Below are positions 1 through 13,714 of a stretch of 64,000 nt of DNA, in pieces; position 1 is the first letter of the stretch; the number at the start of each line of letters is the position of its first letter. This stretch comes from Laetmonice hystrix. Lineage: Eukaryota. The stretch spans positions 55,430,001-55,494,000 of the forward strand of contig OZ249436.1 of assembly GCA_965235115.1 (NCBI GenBank). Direction: 5' to 3'. Below the pieces are notes generated by a model. That model was not told the origin of the DNA, did not search any database, and saw nothing but the letters and a program-made list of their open reading frames with translations. Position numbers and translations under genes: made by a program.

Positions 1-756
1 CGTACCCTCCCGGGTCCGGAGAGGTGGGGTGGAGGTCTCTGGGGTAGGAACCTCTCACAGCCGTTTACATCTACACACCACTGAAACACAAGGGAGAAAA
101 CACAATCACTGCTATAGAATGGATTGTAACTACACAATCGTCCAAGGATGGTTGAAGTGAAACGTTATAACCAGTTGAAGGAATGCCAGAGGTGGACTCA
201 AAGCTTCCTTTAACCAGTCGGATCGCGACTATACGACGTTTACCAGCCAATTAGGTGTGTTTGAATGATCATCAGTTTGTTCTCAGAGAAACGGCTATAA
301 GTTACAGTCACAATAGGAAAAGTGGAATCATTATACAGTAGCCAGTAACAGAGAGTTGTTATATTGTCAGACACCAACTTGTGTACGATCTATTATTTAA
401 TTCCCCGAGTGGCGGCCCACTTAACCTGGGCAGGCTTGTCACACTTTGAAACGGTTGTAAGTAGACAATACCAGACTTGTGTGTGATGGCAGTAAGTGAG
501 CAGAGGAAGAGGATGCCGACAAGGGGAGAGGTACACGACAAAGGCATAGATCCATCACCGAGTATATATAGCCAGCCTCTCAAGTCAAACTCCTGTTTGG
601 GGGTCTCACAGGGAAACCTGACCAGACCCTCGGCTGGACTGACTGACTGACTGACAGACTGACTTACTGACTGACTGCCCACCGGATGCTTGTTCCTCTT
701 CTGTTATGGACGTTACTTACACCTCAGGTTTCTGTGTTTTGAGACAGTCGCACTCT

Positions 757-887
757 TGGGTTTGGTTCACAAACAAAATCAAGCCAATTTTAATTAACTT
801 GAAATCCATTTTAACCAATCAGATTCAAGTAAAATTGACTTCAAGTCCATTAAAATTGACTTGACTTTGTTTGTGAACCGGGCCCTG
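757..887. mobile_element. Palindromic MITE
   Basis: Imperfect IR ggttcacaaacaaa..aattttaat / attaaaatt..tttgtttgtgaaccgggccc. Confidence 0.65.
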
Positions 888-3800
888 ACCTCTCTACTTT
901 TGACCTTTTGACTCCGAATTAAGAAAAATCATACCCTTGCTTGTAATACCTTTATTGTTGTGTTTAATACCCCTAATTTCCTTGTTTCATACCTATGTCG
1001 TGTATGTGATACCCTTGACCTGTGTTTAATACCCATGACTCCTGTGCAAAATACCCCTCACTTACGTGTTTGATTCTCTGACTCCTCACCCCCACCCAAT
1101 CCCACCCAAATGCAACTTTTTAAACGCAGCAACACATCGACTTAAGATTTCCGTATTACTTGGCAAATGGTACATTTTTTCTATACTACACGAAAGTCAA
1201 CAAGTGGGTCGTCTTTGAAGGGGTCACATTAATTCCTCTAGTGAAGTATTTCTTATAATTAGTTTGTACACGGAGTATGGGTTCCAGCACAAGTTTGGCC
1301 ATTATAATTACCAGGGTCAAGTGGGAAGTCAATATCGATTCAAATCTTAGATTAGTTTCTCATTTTTAGCTGCAAAGCCAACTGATGGCGTGACCTTGGA
1401 AAGTGATTGCCGACACATTATGGTTGTATCAGCGAGCGTAGATTAGTAAATATGAGAGAATGAATATTTGACATGTACTCGATCAGATTCCTGCCAGGTC
1501 ATGAAGAACCTCCTTGTACGCGGTCAGGCTATGCGTAGACATCTCTGAAAGTTTTGTCTGTGAGTATGTCTTTAAAACGTCCTTGAAATGTCATTGACAA
1601 AATGTATAAAACAACTTCTTATATAGATGGAAACTGTGAAATATTATAACCCTTCATGTTCTATAAAGTTTTTAATTAAGAGAATCAATGTCTTTGTTCT
1701 TTATGGTGATGAAAACAGCACTATCAATCGGAACATGTAATAACCCCGTCCGCTACCGATGAAGAGCTGCGTAACGATCAACGAATACCTCGTTAAGAGT
1801 TTTTTTTTCTCAAAAGCTGCAAGACCTTTGCCATGTTAAGTCTAGATGCAAGTTGAAACGCGGTATTATGTTCCCCATACTTGCCTTTGAGTCGTGTGAA
1901 TTATAGAAGTCCCTGATTCATATAAACCACCAAGCCGTTCGTGACAAATTCGAGAAGAGATTCCCTTACCACTCAGTTTGCTCTCAGGAATGTTGTAGTG
2001 GGAAGTATAGAGTACGTTTGTCGTGGCAGTGAGAGTGATCATGAGATGTTGTAGTCCTCCGCCGCTAGGGGGTTGGTCAGCTCTGACAGCTGTCGGTAAT
2101 AGTGATGTCCTGGGATGTGTCTGCAGTCTTACACCTACCCTGCCATCCCGCTGAGTGTTGTCTCCGACAGATCCCGTAGTACGACCGTCGATTGGACAGG
2201 TGGCTATTATAGGCACACAGTTGGCCACTTGCAGTGGCAAAACACTACAATCGCAGCGGTCTATTATCACCAGCCTTGTGATCAGGTTTCCGCCTATCGC
2301 GACAGGGTTCTAACCCCTGACTTGCAATCAGTGTGGAGAAAAACCGCATGGAGCTCTGCCGTGCCCTGGCCGTCAGGAGAAAGTCGACAGGAATTTAATT
2401 AAGTGATCTCTTAATGTACAGATTTCATAAATTGACGGAGGGGAGGGGTGAATGTTGAAGGGGGAGGGGGAAAGCTGTGGATTGTCATGGCAGTCTGACT
2501 GCACGCTGTGCCCTGTCTGCGGGGCTCCAAGTGTTATCATGGAGTCCTATTTGTAGTTAGCCATGCGTTGGTGATATCAGTTGGGCAGGCGGTCTCAATG
2601 CCTGCTGCCCGGTGTATGGTGATCTGGCCGTATAATTGCCTGGTCAGTCAGTTGTTGGTCGTCAAGCACCAACAGGAGCTGACAGACCCGGCGATACCGG
2701 CGGCTCAGAGAGCAACATTTGATGAGGTGACAGCTGGGGTCTGGTCTGAGGTCTGGTCTGAGCCACCTTGTAGTTTACTGTGATGTATGTGTGGGGGTGT
2801 ATGTATGCAGGCGGGCCGCCCGACTCAGAGCCCAAAGCGCGTCACGTGCGGCGGCCTTTAACGAAGGTTAAATGTGAACGACTGGCTCTTTAAACAGCAC
2901 CCCAATTCATTCATTGCCTATCGTCCAAAAATGCTGACAATGTATACGCATTTTAGTTGCAGTTGTCAGTAAAGCCTCTTAAAGAGCCTAATGTTGTGAA
3001 GATGATGATGAAGGTTGAGGAATGAGTTGAGGACTTACCTGGATGGTGAGAGGTGAGGTCAGTTCAGAGTCAGTGTCCTGGGTTGGCGAGGTTTAGCGGT
3101 GAGTGGGGCCAGCCGGTGAGGGCGGTCGTGACGGACTGGACTGGCCCGCCGGTCGGTGAGAGGTTGCGAGCGGGGCGGGGCGGCTGCTCAGAGGAGACAG
3201 CAAGGAGGTTTGGTGGTGAGGACACCAGTGACGGAAGGAGCAAGCCAAGAGGCAAACAGTTCCAGACACTGGTGCTGCAGCTGCCGCTCCTGCTGCTGCT
3301 CCTGCTGCTGCCACGTGGGTGCGTGGCTGAATGACGTTACCGTCTCAGGCCGCGTGTGTATACGGAGTGTAAGCGTCACGGCAGGCTGTGTGGGGGAGAT
3401 CGAGTACTAACCGGGTCCTATTCCATTCTGGTGCCATCCACTCACCTCCGTGTCCGACGATTGCTGATCCCTTCCGCTGTTGTTTGCTGGTCCTCTTACT
3501 CCCAACACCCGGCCGTGCTGCACGGTACATGCACCTCAATCTACACACATACACAAACGTACGAATACTACCGACTTTCTTTTAAACAGAAAAACGCCCA
3601 TTGAGGATCGTCAATGAAGGGGAATGCCAACTTGTGACCAAGCGTCGCTAGTTGAATGTCCTCTGACGTGTGTAATGTTAGAGTGATTGCGTTTTCTGCC
3701 AAGTGTTGAAGTGGTGATGGTTGAGTGGAGTCAAACAGACTTGGGTTTTTTCACCCCTTGTACGCCAGCCGGTGTCTGCTGTGTCCATTATGCACGGATA

Positions 3801-4554
3801 GAACTAGTGGCAGCGCTGGAATCAGGCAGGACAGGAACACGGCGGTGGTGGAGATATGGTGCAGCCGCCGGAGAACAGAGCACCAGATAGCACAGGGTTA
3901 AAGTTTACATCTGACCATCAAGGTGACCTTGTTGGGATTGCCTTCACCACGTTTTCTGAACGTAATGAAACGTGGACAATAAATTGCCGTCCAGTGTTGG
4001 TCTTGACTTGTCTGTGTCAACTCCCTCTCTCTCTCAAAGACGGAGCCCACGTCCCAGGGTCAGTTGGAACTGGCCTGGCTCGCTCACTCTCAGAGCGCAC
4101 GTATTGTCTATTTCTATTGTGCTGTAAACCCTGAACTTTTCACGTTCCAGCAATTTCTGCGATTTTCACGCTGCAGAGAAATTGGTAAATTTTAGTTTGC
4201 ACAAATTGAGTAACTTGGTTAGTATTTAAGAAGATTCGCAAAAATTAAAGAACACATGATTTTGCACATCTACGAAAACTGATGAGTAAAGTATTTCGGG
4301 GTTTTACAAGACTACAGGGGATAGGAACAATGCCGCCCTCTAGTGGTCGTGGTACAACTCTGTGAAGGAGTTCCCCCACGGAACGATCCCTGTGGATGCA
4401 GTGCCATACTGGCAGGGTGATAAGAGCATTGGGTTTGCTATACCCCACCGGGGTCGGAGTCAGGCCTTGTCACGGTGTCTGTTTACAAGTGCCTCATTCC
4501 CTCGACCTGCTGGCGTGTGTGATGGAGAGTGTGGGGAGAGTGGTCATAGAGGCT

Positions 4555-5052
4555 AGTGGTCGGCCGGCCGGCCGGCTGGTGGTCGGCTGGTGGTTGGCTG
4601 CATGACTGGCCGGCCGGTTGGCTGACTGGCCGGCTGGTGGTCGGCTGGCTGGCTGACTGGTAGGCTGGCCGGCTGGTGGTCGGCTGGCTGGCTAACTGGC
4701 CGGCTGGTGTCTGGTCGGCTGGCTGGCTGACTGGCCGGCTGGTGGTCTGGCTGGTGGTCGGCTGGCTGGCTGACTGGCCGGCTGGTGGTCGGTTGGCTGG
4801 CTGACTGGCCGCCTGGCTGGCTGACTGGCCTGCTGGTGGTCGGCTGGCTGACTGACTGGCCGGCTGGTGGTCGGCTGGCCGGCTGGTCGGCTGTTGGTCG
4901 GCTGGCTGGCTGACTGGCCTGCTGGTAGTCGGCTGGCGGACTGACTGGCCGGCTGGTGGTCGGCTGGCGGACTGACTGGCCGGCTGGTGGTCGGCTGGCG
5001 GACTGACTGGCCGGCTGGTGGTCGGCTGGCTGGCTGGCTGGCCAGCTGGCTG
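4555..5052. repeat. GC-rich minisatellite (~27-31 nt unit)
   Basis: (gctggtggtcggctggctggctgactggccg)n variants. Confidence 0.9.
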
Positions 5053-7276
5053 GTCCAGACTCTACCTCTCCATAGCGACCACAATGCACCGTCACCTTAT
5101 GCACCAAATCACATGATTTGGTTTTACCCGTGTCCGATAGGCCTCGTACAACACGCTTGGTTATCAACAAGATCTCAACTTTTTTTATCTGTCGGCGAAC
5201 AGCCATCAAATGTACCATCCGAATACAGCGGTGCCGTGAAAGCAAATTGGTTGTCTACAGTTTTTCAGCATTTCTAATATTTTACTCATTAGACCTTACA
5301 AAAGAAAGGTAAAAAGTAGACTTGCGTTTTTCTAACAATGCCCCAAACTGGAACAATTAGAAAATGAAATGAATTTTAACTATAGCAAAAATTAGTCTCC
5401 TCTGCACTATAGTTTGCAGTATGCTCATATACCATTTGGTAGCAGATTTCACCCTGAAATAGTTGGTAAACATTATGATGAGGAACAAGCTAAGACCACA
5501 GCAGGTTAGATGTCCCAGATACCAGATCAAAAAACTTTTACTAGTGTTTAAACGTGGTATGTACACAGGAAGAGAAACAAGGTCCTGCGGAATGTTTCCC
5601 AACCATCTTTTTGTTGTGGAGCGAGTCAGAAGAAAGTGCTTCAGGTGACTGTCGGCGAGTGGGTGGGTGGAGACATGGGCGATAATCAGCGAAAACTTTT
5701 ATTACTCATTGAGATTTATTTGGGGTCACGGATCACCGCTAAGATCGAACCCTGATTATAGAGGAGAGGGTCATTTAAAACCGCTGATTAGAGAGAGAAG
5801 ACGAAACATTGGACCATATATTAGGGTAAACGACCCGAGCTGTGACTCACTCTCGTTCTCTCTACCCCTCCGACCACAGAAACCTCCACAGCCGTAGACA
5901 GGACCTGACGGCCCCTCCCCTAGGCCACTTTTGTAACATATTTACGACCTTTGACCGCACGTTTTGGGCCGGTCACGTGATACGGGAAGTGACATGAAGA
6001 TATCGGACGACAGATGGCGCTGTGACCGTCCTGACATCACCGGGACCTGGGCATGGTTGTTTCTCATGGAAATATCGTCATCTCTCTTCATCTCATCATT
6101 TCTCCATCTCCATTTCACATCTCACATCTTCTCTTTGATCCCGTGCGGAGAAATCAACCAACATAGACACACGTCTAATTGATTAGGGAATATAGACACC
6201 AAGTAATTGTGGAGAAGTTAGGCCGGTATCATTATAAATATGACTTATTACGTTAGGAAGATTATCATCTCGGTGCTTTGAGGCTGTATCCACCCACCTG
6301 TCCTCAGAAACATCGCGGGGTGACAATATCTAGTAAACCTAGAGGGGAAACTGGAATGTGATATATGTAATGGGTGCCATGAATGACCTTAGAAATAACA
6401 TTCTGATTAAAGTACCTTACCTTCAATAGTACACGCTCGTTTTGATGGTGGCATGCGAGCATGCCAATTATAGTGAGCCAATCACATTTTGAATATGTAA
6501 GTTTACATATGAAGTATGAACTGACAAAAATGTTAACAAACGTGTTAACTTTCGTATTTCAAATCCCCATTGAATATATACATTGGAGTTAACGATACGA
6601 CAAGCTAACGACATGATGAGAAACGTATCCCTGTTCTAGGAGTTAGGTGAGCCCGGTTAGATGAAGAAGTCAAGGAACAATCGTGGTATCTTATACTTTT
6701 TTAATGAAATTTGTTTACGGATTATAATCATACCGTATACATGTATATAGAAAATGGAGTAAAGTTTAGACATGTCATTGTCTGGTGATGGATGGAGGAC
6801 GGGAGGCCTGGTTGACGGCCGTCGTCCGTACCCCGTCTGTGAGGGCAAAGCCTGAGGGCCGGCCCCCGGCCCGTCCTCCTCCCTGGCCCCGCCCGGGTCG
6901 GTCTGGGAGGGCCCGGTCAGCTTTCCTACAGGCTGAGAAACAATGGGCACATTGGTGACAATATGGGTTAATGTTCTACTCGCTGCCAGCCGGCTGGTGG
7001 CGGCTCGCGGCAGGCTGAGACCTGAAGGAGGACGGAGGGTGGGGGTGGGGTAGATCAGGTGTAGGACTCCCACCGCCACCCTCCGTATCCTCACTGTGAG
7101 GTCACGTGTACTGAAAGTTACACTTGGTTCATGTGGTGGGACATGTGTATGTATGCCTGGTTGAGCAAGGATATAAATGAGGGAAGTACGTGCAGAATCT
7201 CGGCTCAAATAACACATCATAAAAAAAATACTATTTATTATAGTAAAGTTACTAAAACATGTATTAAACGTTCTTT

Positions 7277-7791
7277 GCTAACTGAGACTTCCACACACAT
7301 GTAGGACTATTTCATCCCCGAGGTATGACCTATGGTATTGACGCTAACTGAGACTCCCACACACATGTAGGAATATTTCATCCCCGAGGTATTGACGCTA
7401 ACTGAGACTTCCACACACATGTAGGACTATTTCATCCCCGAGGTATGACCTATGGTATTGACGCTAACTGAGACTTTCACACACATGTAGGAATATTTCA
7501 TCCCCGAGGTATGACCTATGGTATTGACGCTAACTGAGACTTTCACACACATGTAGGAATATTTCATCCCCGAGGTATGACCTATGGTATTGACGCTAAC
7601 TGAGACTTTCACACACATGTAGGAATATTTCATCCCCGAGGTATGACCTATGGTATTGACGCTAACTGAGACTTTCACACACATGTAGGACTATTTCATC
7701 CCCGAGGTATGACCTATGGTATTGACGCTAACTGAGACTCCCACACACATGTAGGTCTACTTCATCCCTGAGGTATGCCCTATGGTATTGA
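7277..7791. repeat. 66-nt minisatellite, ~8 copies
   Basis: gctaactgagactttcacacacatgtagg...tatggtattgac; 22-aa periodicity in the ORF track. Confidence 0.93.
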
Positions 7792-8148
7792 GTGAACGGT
7801 ATGGACCTTCTGAAAGCTGTCAGTCAGCGGCCTGGTAGAACAGGGGCTGGGGGTGTTGGCCATGGGATGAGGTGGTTGACAACCCCCTCTCCCCCTCACG
7901 ACTCTACCTGATAGGTGATGATATCTGGGGGCGGTCGGAGACCACACCGACGTGTACCTGGGGCGGGAGAGATGAGTGGGGCGGGGGGGGGGGGCCTACC
8001 TGACAGGGCACCAGGTGGGGAGTCACCTGAGGGCTCCAACAGTGAGGGCGGGATTGGGACGGGGGCGGGGGATATACGACCACGGCCTCTACTCACATAC
8101 AACCCGATTTATGAAACTTGAAGGGAAACAACCATTTAAAAAAAGAAA

Positions 8149-8385
8149 CTGGCTGGTAGGAGACAGTAAACACTGGCTGGTAGGAGACAGTAAACACTGG
8201 CTGGTAGGAGACAGTAAACACTGGCTGGTAGGAGACAGTAAACACTGGCTGGTAGGAGACAGTAAACACAGGCTGGTAGAAGACAGTAAACACTGCCTGG
8301 TAGAAGACAGTAAACAGTGGCTGGTAGGAGACAGTAAACAGTGGCTGGTAGGAGACAGTAAACACTGCCTGGTAGGAGACAGTAA
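8149..8385. repeat. 24-nt minisatellite, ~10 copies
   Basis: (ctggctggtaggagacagtaaaca)n. Confidence 0.93.
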
Positions 8386-9833
8386 TATGATGTAATATAG
8401 AGATTCCTATATAGCACGTACCGTGCTTCAGACACAGTGTTCGATTCCATGTGCGACAGGAGAGAAAGGAATGGAGGTCCACCGGAATGGAGGTCTGCCG
8501 GACCTGGATTCCCTGTTTATGCAGGTCCTAGGTCATCAACTTTCTGGTATAAGACAATATAATTAAGAAAATACATATGGATTAGGGTTAAGGTTAGGAT
8601 TAGGGATATGGTTATGAAGAAATATTAAATAACACAACATCACAGACTTAAGGTCCTAGGAAAAAATACTGTTAGTGAATTAAAACGTAACGTTCAAGAG
8701 GAAATAAAACGGAAAATTGGTTCAATGTAGTGATATGTTTGTTTCGGGAAGCGTGTAATGGACTAATACGTTACAGAACTTGGTATAATGTGTCCATCTG
8801 TTCAAGACAAGCTGGGGGAGGGGGCGGAAACGATCGATAGTTACTACTACAGTAACACGCTGAGGTTTCGCGATATTCATGATTTCTCAACATGTCCGTA
8901 TAATTTAAAGACGAAAATAGAAGGTAGTGTCACATAAATGATAAAGCTTACCGTAAAAAGGACAGAAGGAAAGGAAAGGATAGGAAAAGCACACATTTTT
9001 TAATCGCTGAAACCATTGGGGGTCATTGCAAACACACCAGCCGTGTTGAATGCACTTGGTCGCTTGTTTTTCCGTCATTGACCTTTTTTTTCTCGTCACC
9101 TCGGTAGGTCCTGCATGTAGTGGGGTATGTATAATCAAGAACTGTTTGCCAGGGGTGGCATGCCATCCGGCTGAGCCGGCAGACTCCGAGCACTGACTAA
9201 TATGGCATTTATGTATATCGGGACTGGCTCTACAAAATTACGAAACTCGGATCAAGAATCTCGACCGTCAGTTAACGTGTGAACGTGGATTCTGTGGACT
9301 CTTAACATTGATTTAAATTTGTTTGTTTGTTTGCTTATTTGTATATTTATTCATTTATTAGGTTCGTTTTACCTTGGGTATTGAAAGGCATTTACAACTA
9401 GCATATAAGGTTTCACACAGAGAAGACAAAACCAAAATGTTTAATCATTGTTACTTTCATGTTCTGTATACGTCATGTAGTCCGTTTAACTTTGTAAACA
9501 GATGACAAATATTTCTCGTATGTAACAGAGAAAAATTCCGTTATCTGAGGTGGTAAGAATTATTCAGGAATCCTTGGGGATTACCAGTCCAGTAACTGGA
9601 CACCATTTAGCGAGTCACCATTCAATACCTGCCTGAAATTAGTCTCACACACTTGGAACTGTCTCATGCAGTCTAGGACAGAGTCACCACAACACAGGGA
9701 AAACAGGAGAAATTGCCTGGGCCCGTTGCCTAAAAAATTCCCGCCCGCTCCGTTTAAACTTCCCTTTATTAATACCGGGAGCGGGAAAATAGCGCCCCCC
9801 CCCCTAGCCCGCAATATTTGCCTACAAAAACAT

Positions 9834-10016
9834 CAGGGCCGGATTGGGGGGGGGGTGGAAATATTTATTGAAAAAAAAAGTTATCAAATTTCCGTCCTCA
9901 GAGAATCACATGCAGCGTGAATGTGGAATCTAAAACGGTAATATATTTCATAAAATAATGACAGTTTCGACTGCACCCCCCCCCCCCCTTGAAAAAATAT
10001 CCCGGATCCGGCCCTG
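9834..10016. mobile_element. MITE
   Basis: TIR CAGGGCCGGAT/ATCCGGCCCTG with AACAT on both flanks. Confidence 0.7.
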
Positions 10017-10969
10017 AACATTGATTAGCAAATGTATTTGATCACAGGGAAAAGTTATGATGGACAAGGGAAAACAGGTGAGCTTGTAGGAGCAAAGATG
10101 GTTCCGTATCTGCTTTTAAGTACCGTCAGAAAGCAAGCATTGCCCACGGTAAACATTAGTTTCGTTAATCCCTGAATTTTATTGCCCGACTCATATTTTT
10201 CACTGGAGGCCTAGGAATAGGGCCCCCCCCCCCCCACACACACACACACACTTTCCGGTAAAAAAAGAAAAAAAGAACTACTTAATTTATTGGCGCATTA
10301 CCATTCAACGAATGCAAGTATTCAGACTTGTGTAATGTTGAAGTACCTTTGATGTTCATTTAATGTGTCAATGAATGTACGCAGCCCAAGGGGTGCAATT
10401 CTTGGCCCCGAGACTGCCCATATAGAGACATTTAAGGTCAGTTGATGGTGATGATCCCGGTCCTAAGTGAAAAATGTGGACCCACTACAATAGTCTTAGA
10501 TTGTCCGCTAGTCACGCAGTAACATAGGTGGCGCTGCCGCAGCTTGCGTCTTGGCCGGAGGGACGCACAGCGACCCGCTAGGGGGCGGGTTTTTTGTGTT
10601 GATGGACGCCACGTGGGTTACCTGGTTACTTATAAATAATATTGGTATAAAACAAGAAGAATTATGTAGCCATTGTGTATTGTGACATGATTCACAGGTG
10701 TGGAGTGAGAAAGTGTGAGAGCTGTAGTTTAGGCTGCATTAACAGGGCAATAGGTGACGCGATATGAACTGTAGCCTTTTAAAAACTATGTCCAGGGGCA
10801 GGGGGTGGGCAGGGGTCACATGGGGAAGTGCGGATGTGACACTTTCTTTGTCTGACAGCTGGGGCACCAGCAGATGGACCACATGAGACAGTATCCAGCA
10901 GATGGAATACAGTCAGGGTTCCCACGCTCCTGGAAAATCCTGGGGAAAAAGTTGTCCTGGAAAACTCCT

Positions 10970-11071
10970 GGGCCCGGTTTTTTAGTTGAGCTCGAGTACT
11001 CATAGGGCCGTAAGCTTGAGACGAACTTTTCGTCTCCACTTTGACTCGATCTCAACTAAAAAACCGGGCCC
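10970..11071. mobile_element. MITE (GGGCCCGGTTT termini)
   Basis: TIR GGGCCCGGTTTTTTAGTTGAG / CTCAACTAAAAAACCGGGCCC. Confidence 0.75.
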
Positions 11072-11404
11072 TAGAAAACTGGCAAAGCTCAAGTGACCCT
11101 GGAATCGTATTAGCCAGGGGGAATTATCCTAGAAAAGTCGGGAAAACCATTAAAGTTGGTGGAAGGGATGGCTGTTAGCCTAGGGGAGGTGGAGGCGATG
11201 GTTTTATAACTCTATTTGTATTAGAGAGTGATTTACCCTGCTTACCTGCAAGTACATTATTATACATGTACAGCAGTGACTGAGTAATCATTTAGAGGAG
11301 AACGATTGATAATATAAACTCCATGAATACCTGGAAAATGCTTTGTTTGTCCAGCAAAACTCCTAGAAAATTGGTTTGCTAAATGTGTGGAAACTCAGTA
11401 CAGG

Positions 11405-11920
11405 CATGAGCCACTGACCAGCAGATGGAACAAATGTATGAGCCATTGACCAGCAGATGGAATACATGTGTGAGCCATTGACCAGCAGATGGAACAAATG
11501 TGTGAGCCATTGACTAGCAGATGGAACAAATGTATGAGCCAATGACCAACATATGGAACAAATGTATGAGCCACTGACCAGCAGATGGAACAAATGGATG
11601 AGCCATTGACCAGCAGATGGAACAAATGTATGAGCCATTGACCAGCAGATGAAACAAATGTATGAGCCATTGACCAGCAGATGGAACAAAATATGAGCCC
11701 CTGAGCAACAGATGTAACAAATATATGAGCCATTGACCAGCAGATGGAACAAATGTATGAGCCACTGAGCAACAGATGTAACAAATATATGAACCATTGA
11801 CCAGCAGATGGAACAAAAATGTGCGATCGATCGAGCCATTGACCAGCAGAAGGAACAAAAATGTATGAGCCATTGACCAGCAGACGGAACAAATGTATGA
11901 ACAACAGATGGAACACATGA
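11405..11920. repeat. 32-nt minisatellite, ~16 copies
   Basis: (gagccattgaccagcagatggaacaaatgtat)n. Confidence 0.92.
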
Positions 11921-13562
11921 GCCGCCCGCTCTGATGAGATCACTTGTCTTATAGCTCAGAACACTCGTTCAGCGGGAGAACCGCAGACAATCAGAGAAAA
12001 TAACGCCCTCGCTTTATGAAGTAGTCCTGCCTCTTTCTCCATTGTGAAAACATAATTCAGGATCCAGTGCAGGTGGCCATGGCCAGTGGCTGACTTGGTG
12101 CACACTTTGTTACTAACCCACCGGTAGGCCCGATACATCCTCAATAGAAGAAAACGAGTGATGGCGTAATTTATGGGAGGCTCGGAGCAGTTCAGGTGGT
12201 AGAAGGTATAGCGCCCTCTCTGGGCGGCCACTCGAAGCAAGCGGGTCTTGTTACCGACCAGGGACATCCTGTTCACACGTGGCTTCAGGCCGAATTGTAG
12301 TCCTCACATCCGAACAACGGCAACATGTTTTTTATAACTCACAAACAAGATCAAACATGTTATGTAATCTCTTTTATGTACAAGTCAAAAGGAGGGTCGA
12401 ATTCGATATACATTTCGTTGAGCTCTGAATTCGGCTTGTCTGAATTCCAGTTTCGCAGATTGACCTGAAACTTCTTGTGTTAAACGGCACGTTAGGGAGC
12501 GGGTGAGGACAGCAGGAGCGTTATTTTAGAGTCAGAGAAAAATCCTCGATTTTTTTTCCGAAAGCCCAGGCGTAAAGGAGGCGTGGGTGTGTAGGGCTGT
12601 GTGTGATCAGGTGTATAGAGTCGCCATACGGGGGACGCACAGAAATGGCCAGACTTTCTGGCGGTCAATTTGCCGGTCATAAAAAAAACAAAAACGTTTT
12701 CAGTCTCAGAGAGAGTTCAGGTACATTAGTGTCATGATTTATGGCTTAAAGATGAAGCAATAGGGGTGAACAGCTGCTTAAGAAGTTGGACTGTGTGATG
12801 GATTGTCAAAGCTAGTGAAGCAGCAGGCAGAGGTAAGATCAGCAAAGAAACACCGTCCATGCTCATATGACAATAATTATATCAAGTGGATTCGTGCAGA
12901 GCAGTTTCCTCAACCATAACATCCATACATGTCAAATTAAATGGATGGGATTACCTCCATCATTTTATGTCGCTTCTGTGGAACTTTTACATTCTTTTCT
13001 TTCTTTTTTCATCTTTTTTAAGGTAAAATTTGAAGTCCAATAAGAGTTAAGAATTTGAATGACCCCAAATGAGACGCGGGAAAGTGGCCCTTAATGGCGC
13101 CTCATACAGGCGGTAGACCCGAGGGTAGCTTTGGGTGGTCAGCTCTTTGATTGTGAACTCGGTGGAAAGTACACCTTAATTGAGTAGATGGTTTGATTGA
13201 AAGGGTTGATTAAAGATCTGCCTCGGCTCGAGGTATGTGCCGTCATTGAGCTGGGGGACGTAGGGCTGGGGTGGGAGGGGGTGTTTACGAGGGGGCTGAG
13301 GAAGGGGGTTTTAGAGCGGTCAGGGTGACATGTCGTTCAGGTAACATACGGGGGCAAATGGAAATACATTGTATAGCACAAGTTTGGCCCAGCTGAATCA
13401 GACCTGCAGCTTTCTCTGGTTTCATGTAATGACAGCCGTGAGCTCGTCTTGAGAACGACTTCACTGAACCGTGTGTTGTTTCAATTCAATAGATTCACCA
13501 GTGAATTTAGTCCAAATCCATAACTGACGCTATAGATCTATAACGGTTGTCAAAATGTGTAG

Positions 13563-13714
13563 CAGTGATGCCGGAAGCAAATTTTTGGTGGTGGTGGGGG
13601 GGGGGCACAACTAGGCCCCATTCCAAGAGTAATGTAGGTTGTGTGCGTGGCAGCGGCCATGGCACCGGTGCCCCCCCCCCCACCCCCACCCCACCCCCGC
13701 TTCCGACATCACTG
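13563..13714. mobile_element. MITE
   Basis: TIR CAGTGATGCCGGAAGC / GCTTCCGACATCACTG; internal G and C runs. Confidence 0.65.

Larger units (their letters stand above)
6..12267 (-). other. Putative unidentified spliced minus-strand transcription unit
   Basis: Phase-compatible candidate exons 12122..12267, 9585..9632, 8097..8152, 8000..8026, 6832..7021; also a GTAAGT donor near 3033-3038 and a 75-nt exon 6..80 with a strong pyrimidine tract. No recognisable homology. Confidence 0.3.

Noticed and set aside
720..730. 11-nt minus-strand microexon (cag|aaacctgaggt|gtaagt)
   Set aside because: No pyrimidine tract and no independent support.
4553..5245. 230-aa P/Q/S-rich ORF
   Set aside because: Mostly a GC-rich minisatellite artefact.
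11363..11943. Cys/His-rich ORFs in three frames
   Set aside because: Product of the 32-nt tandem repeat; not zinc fingers.
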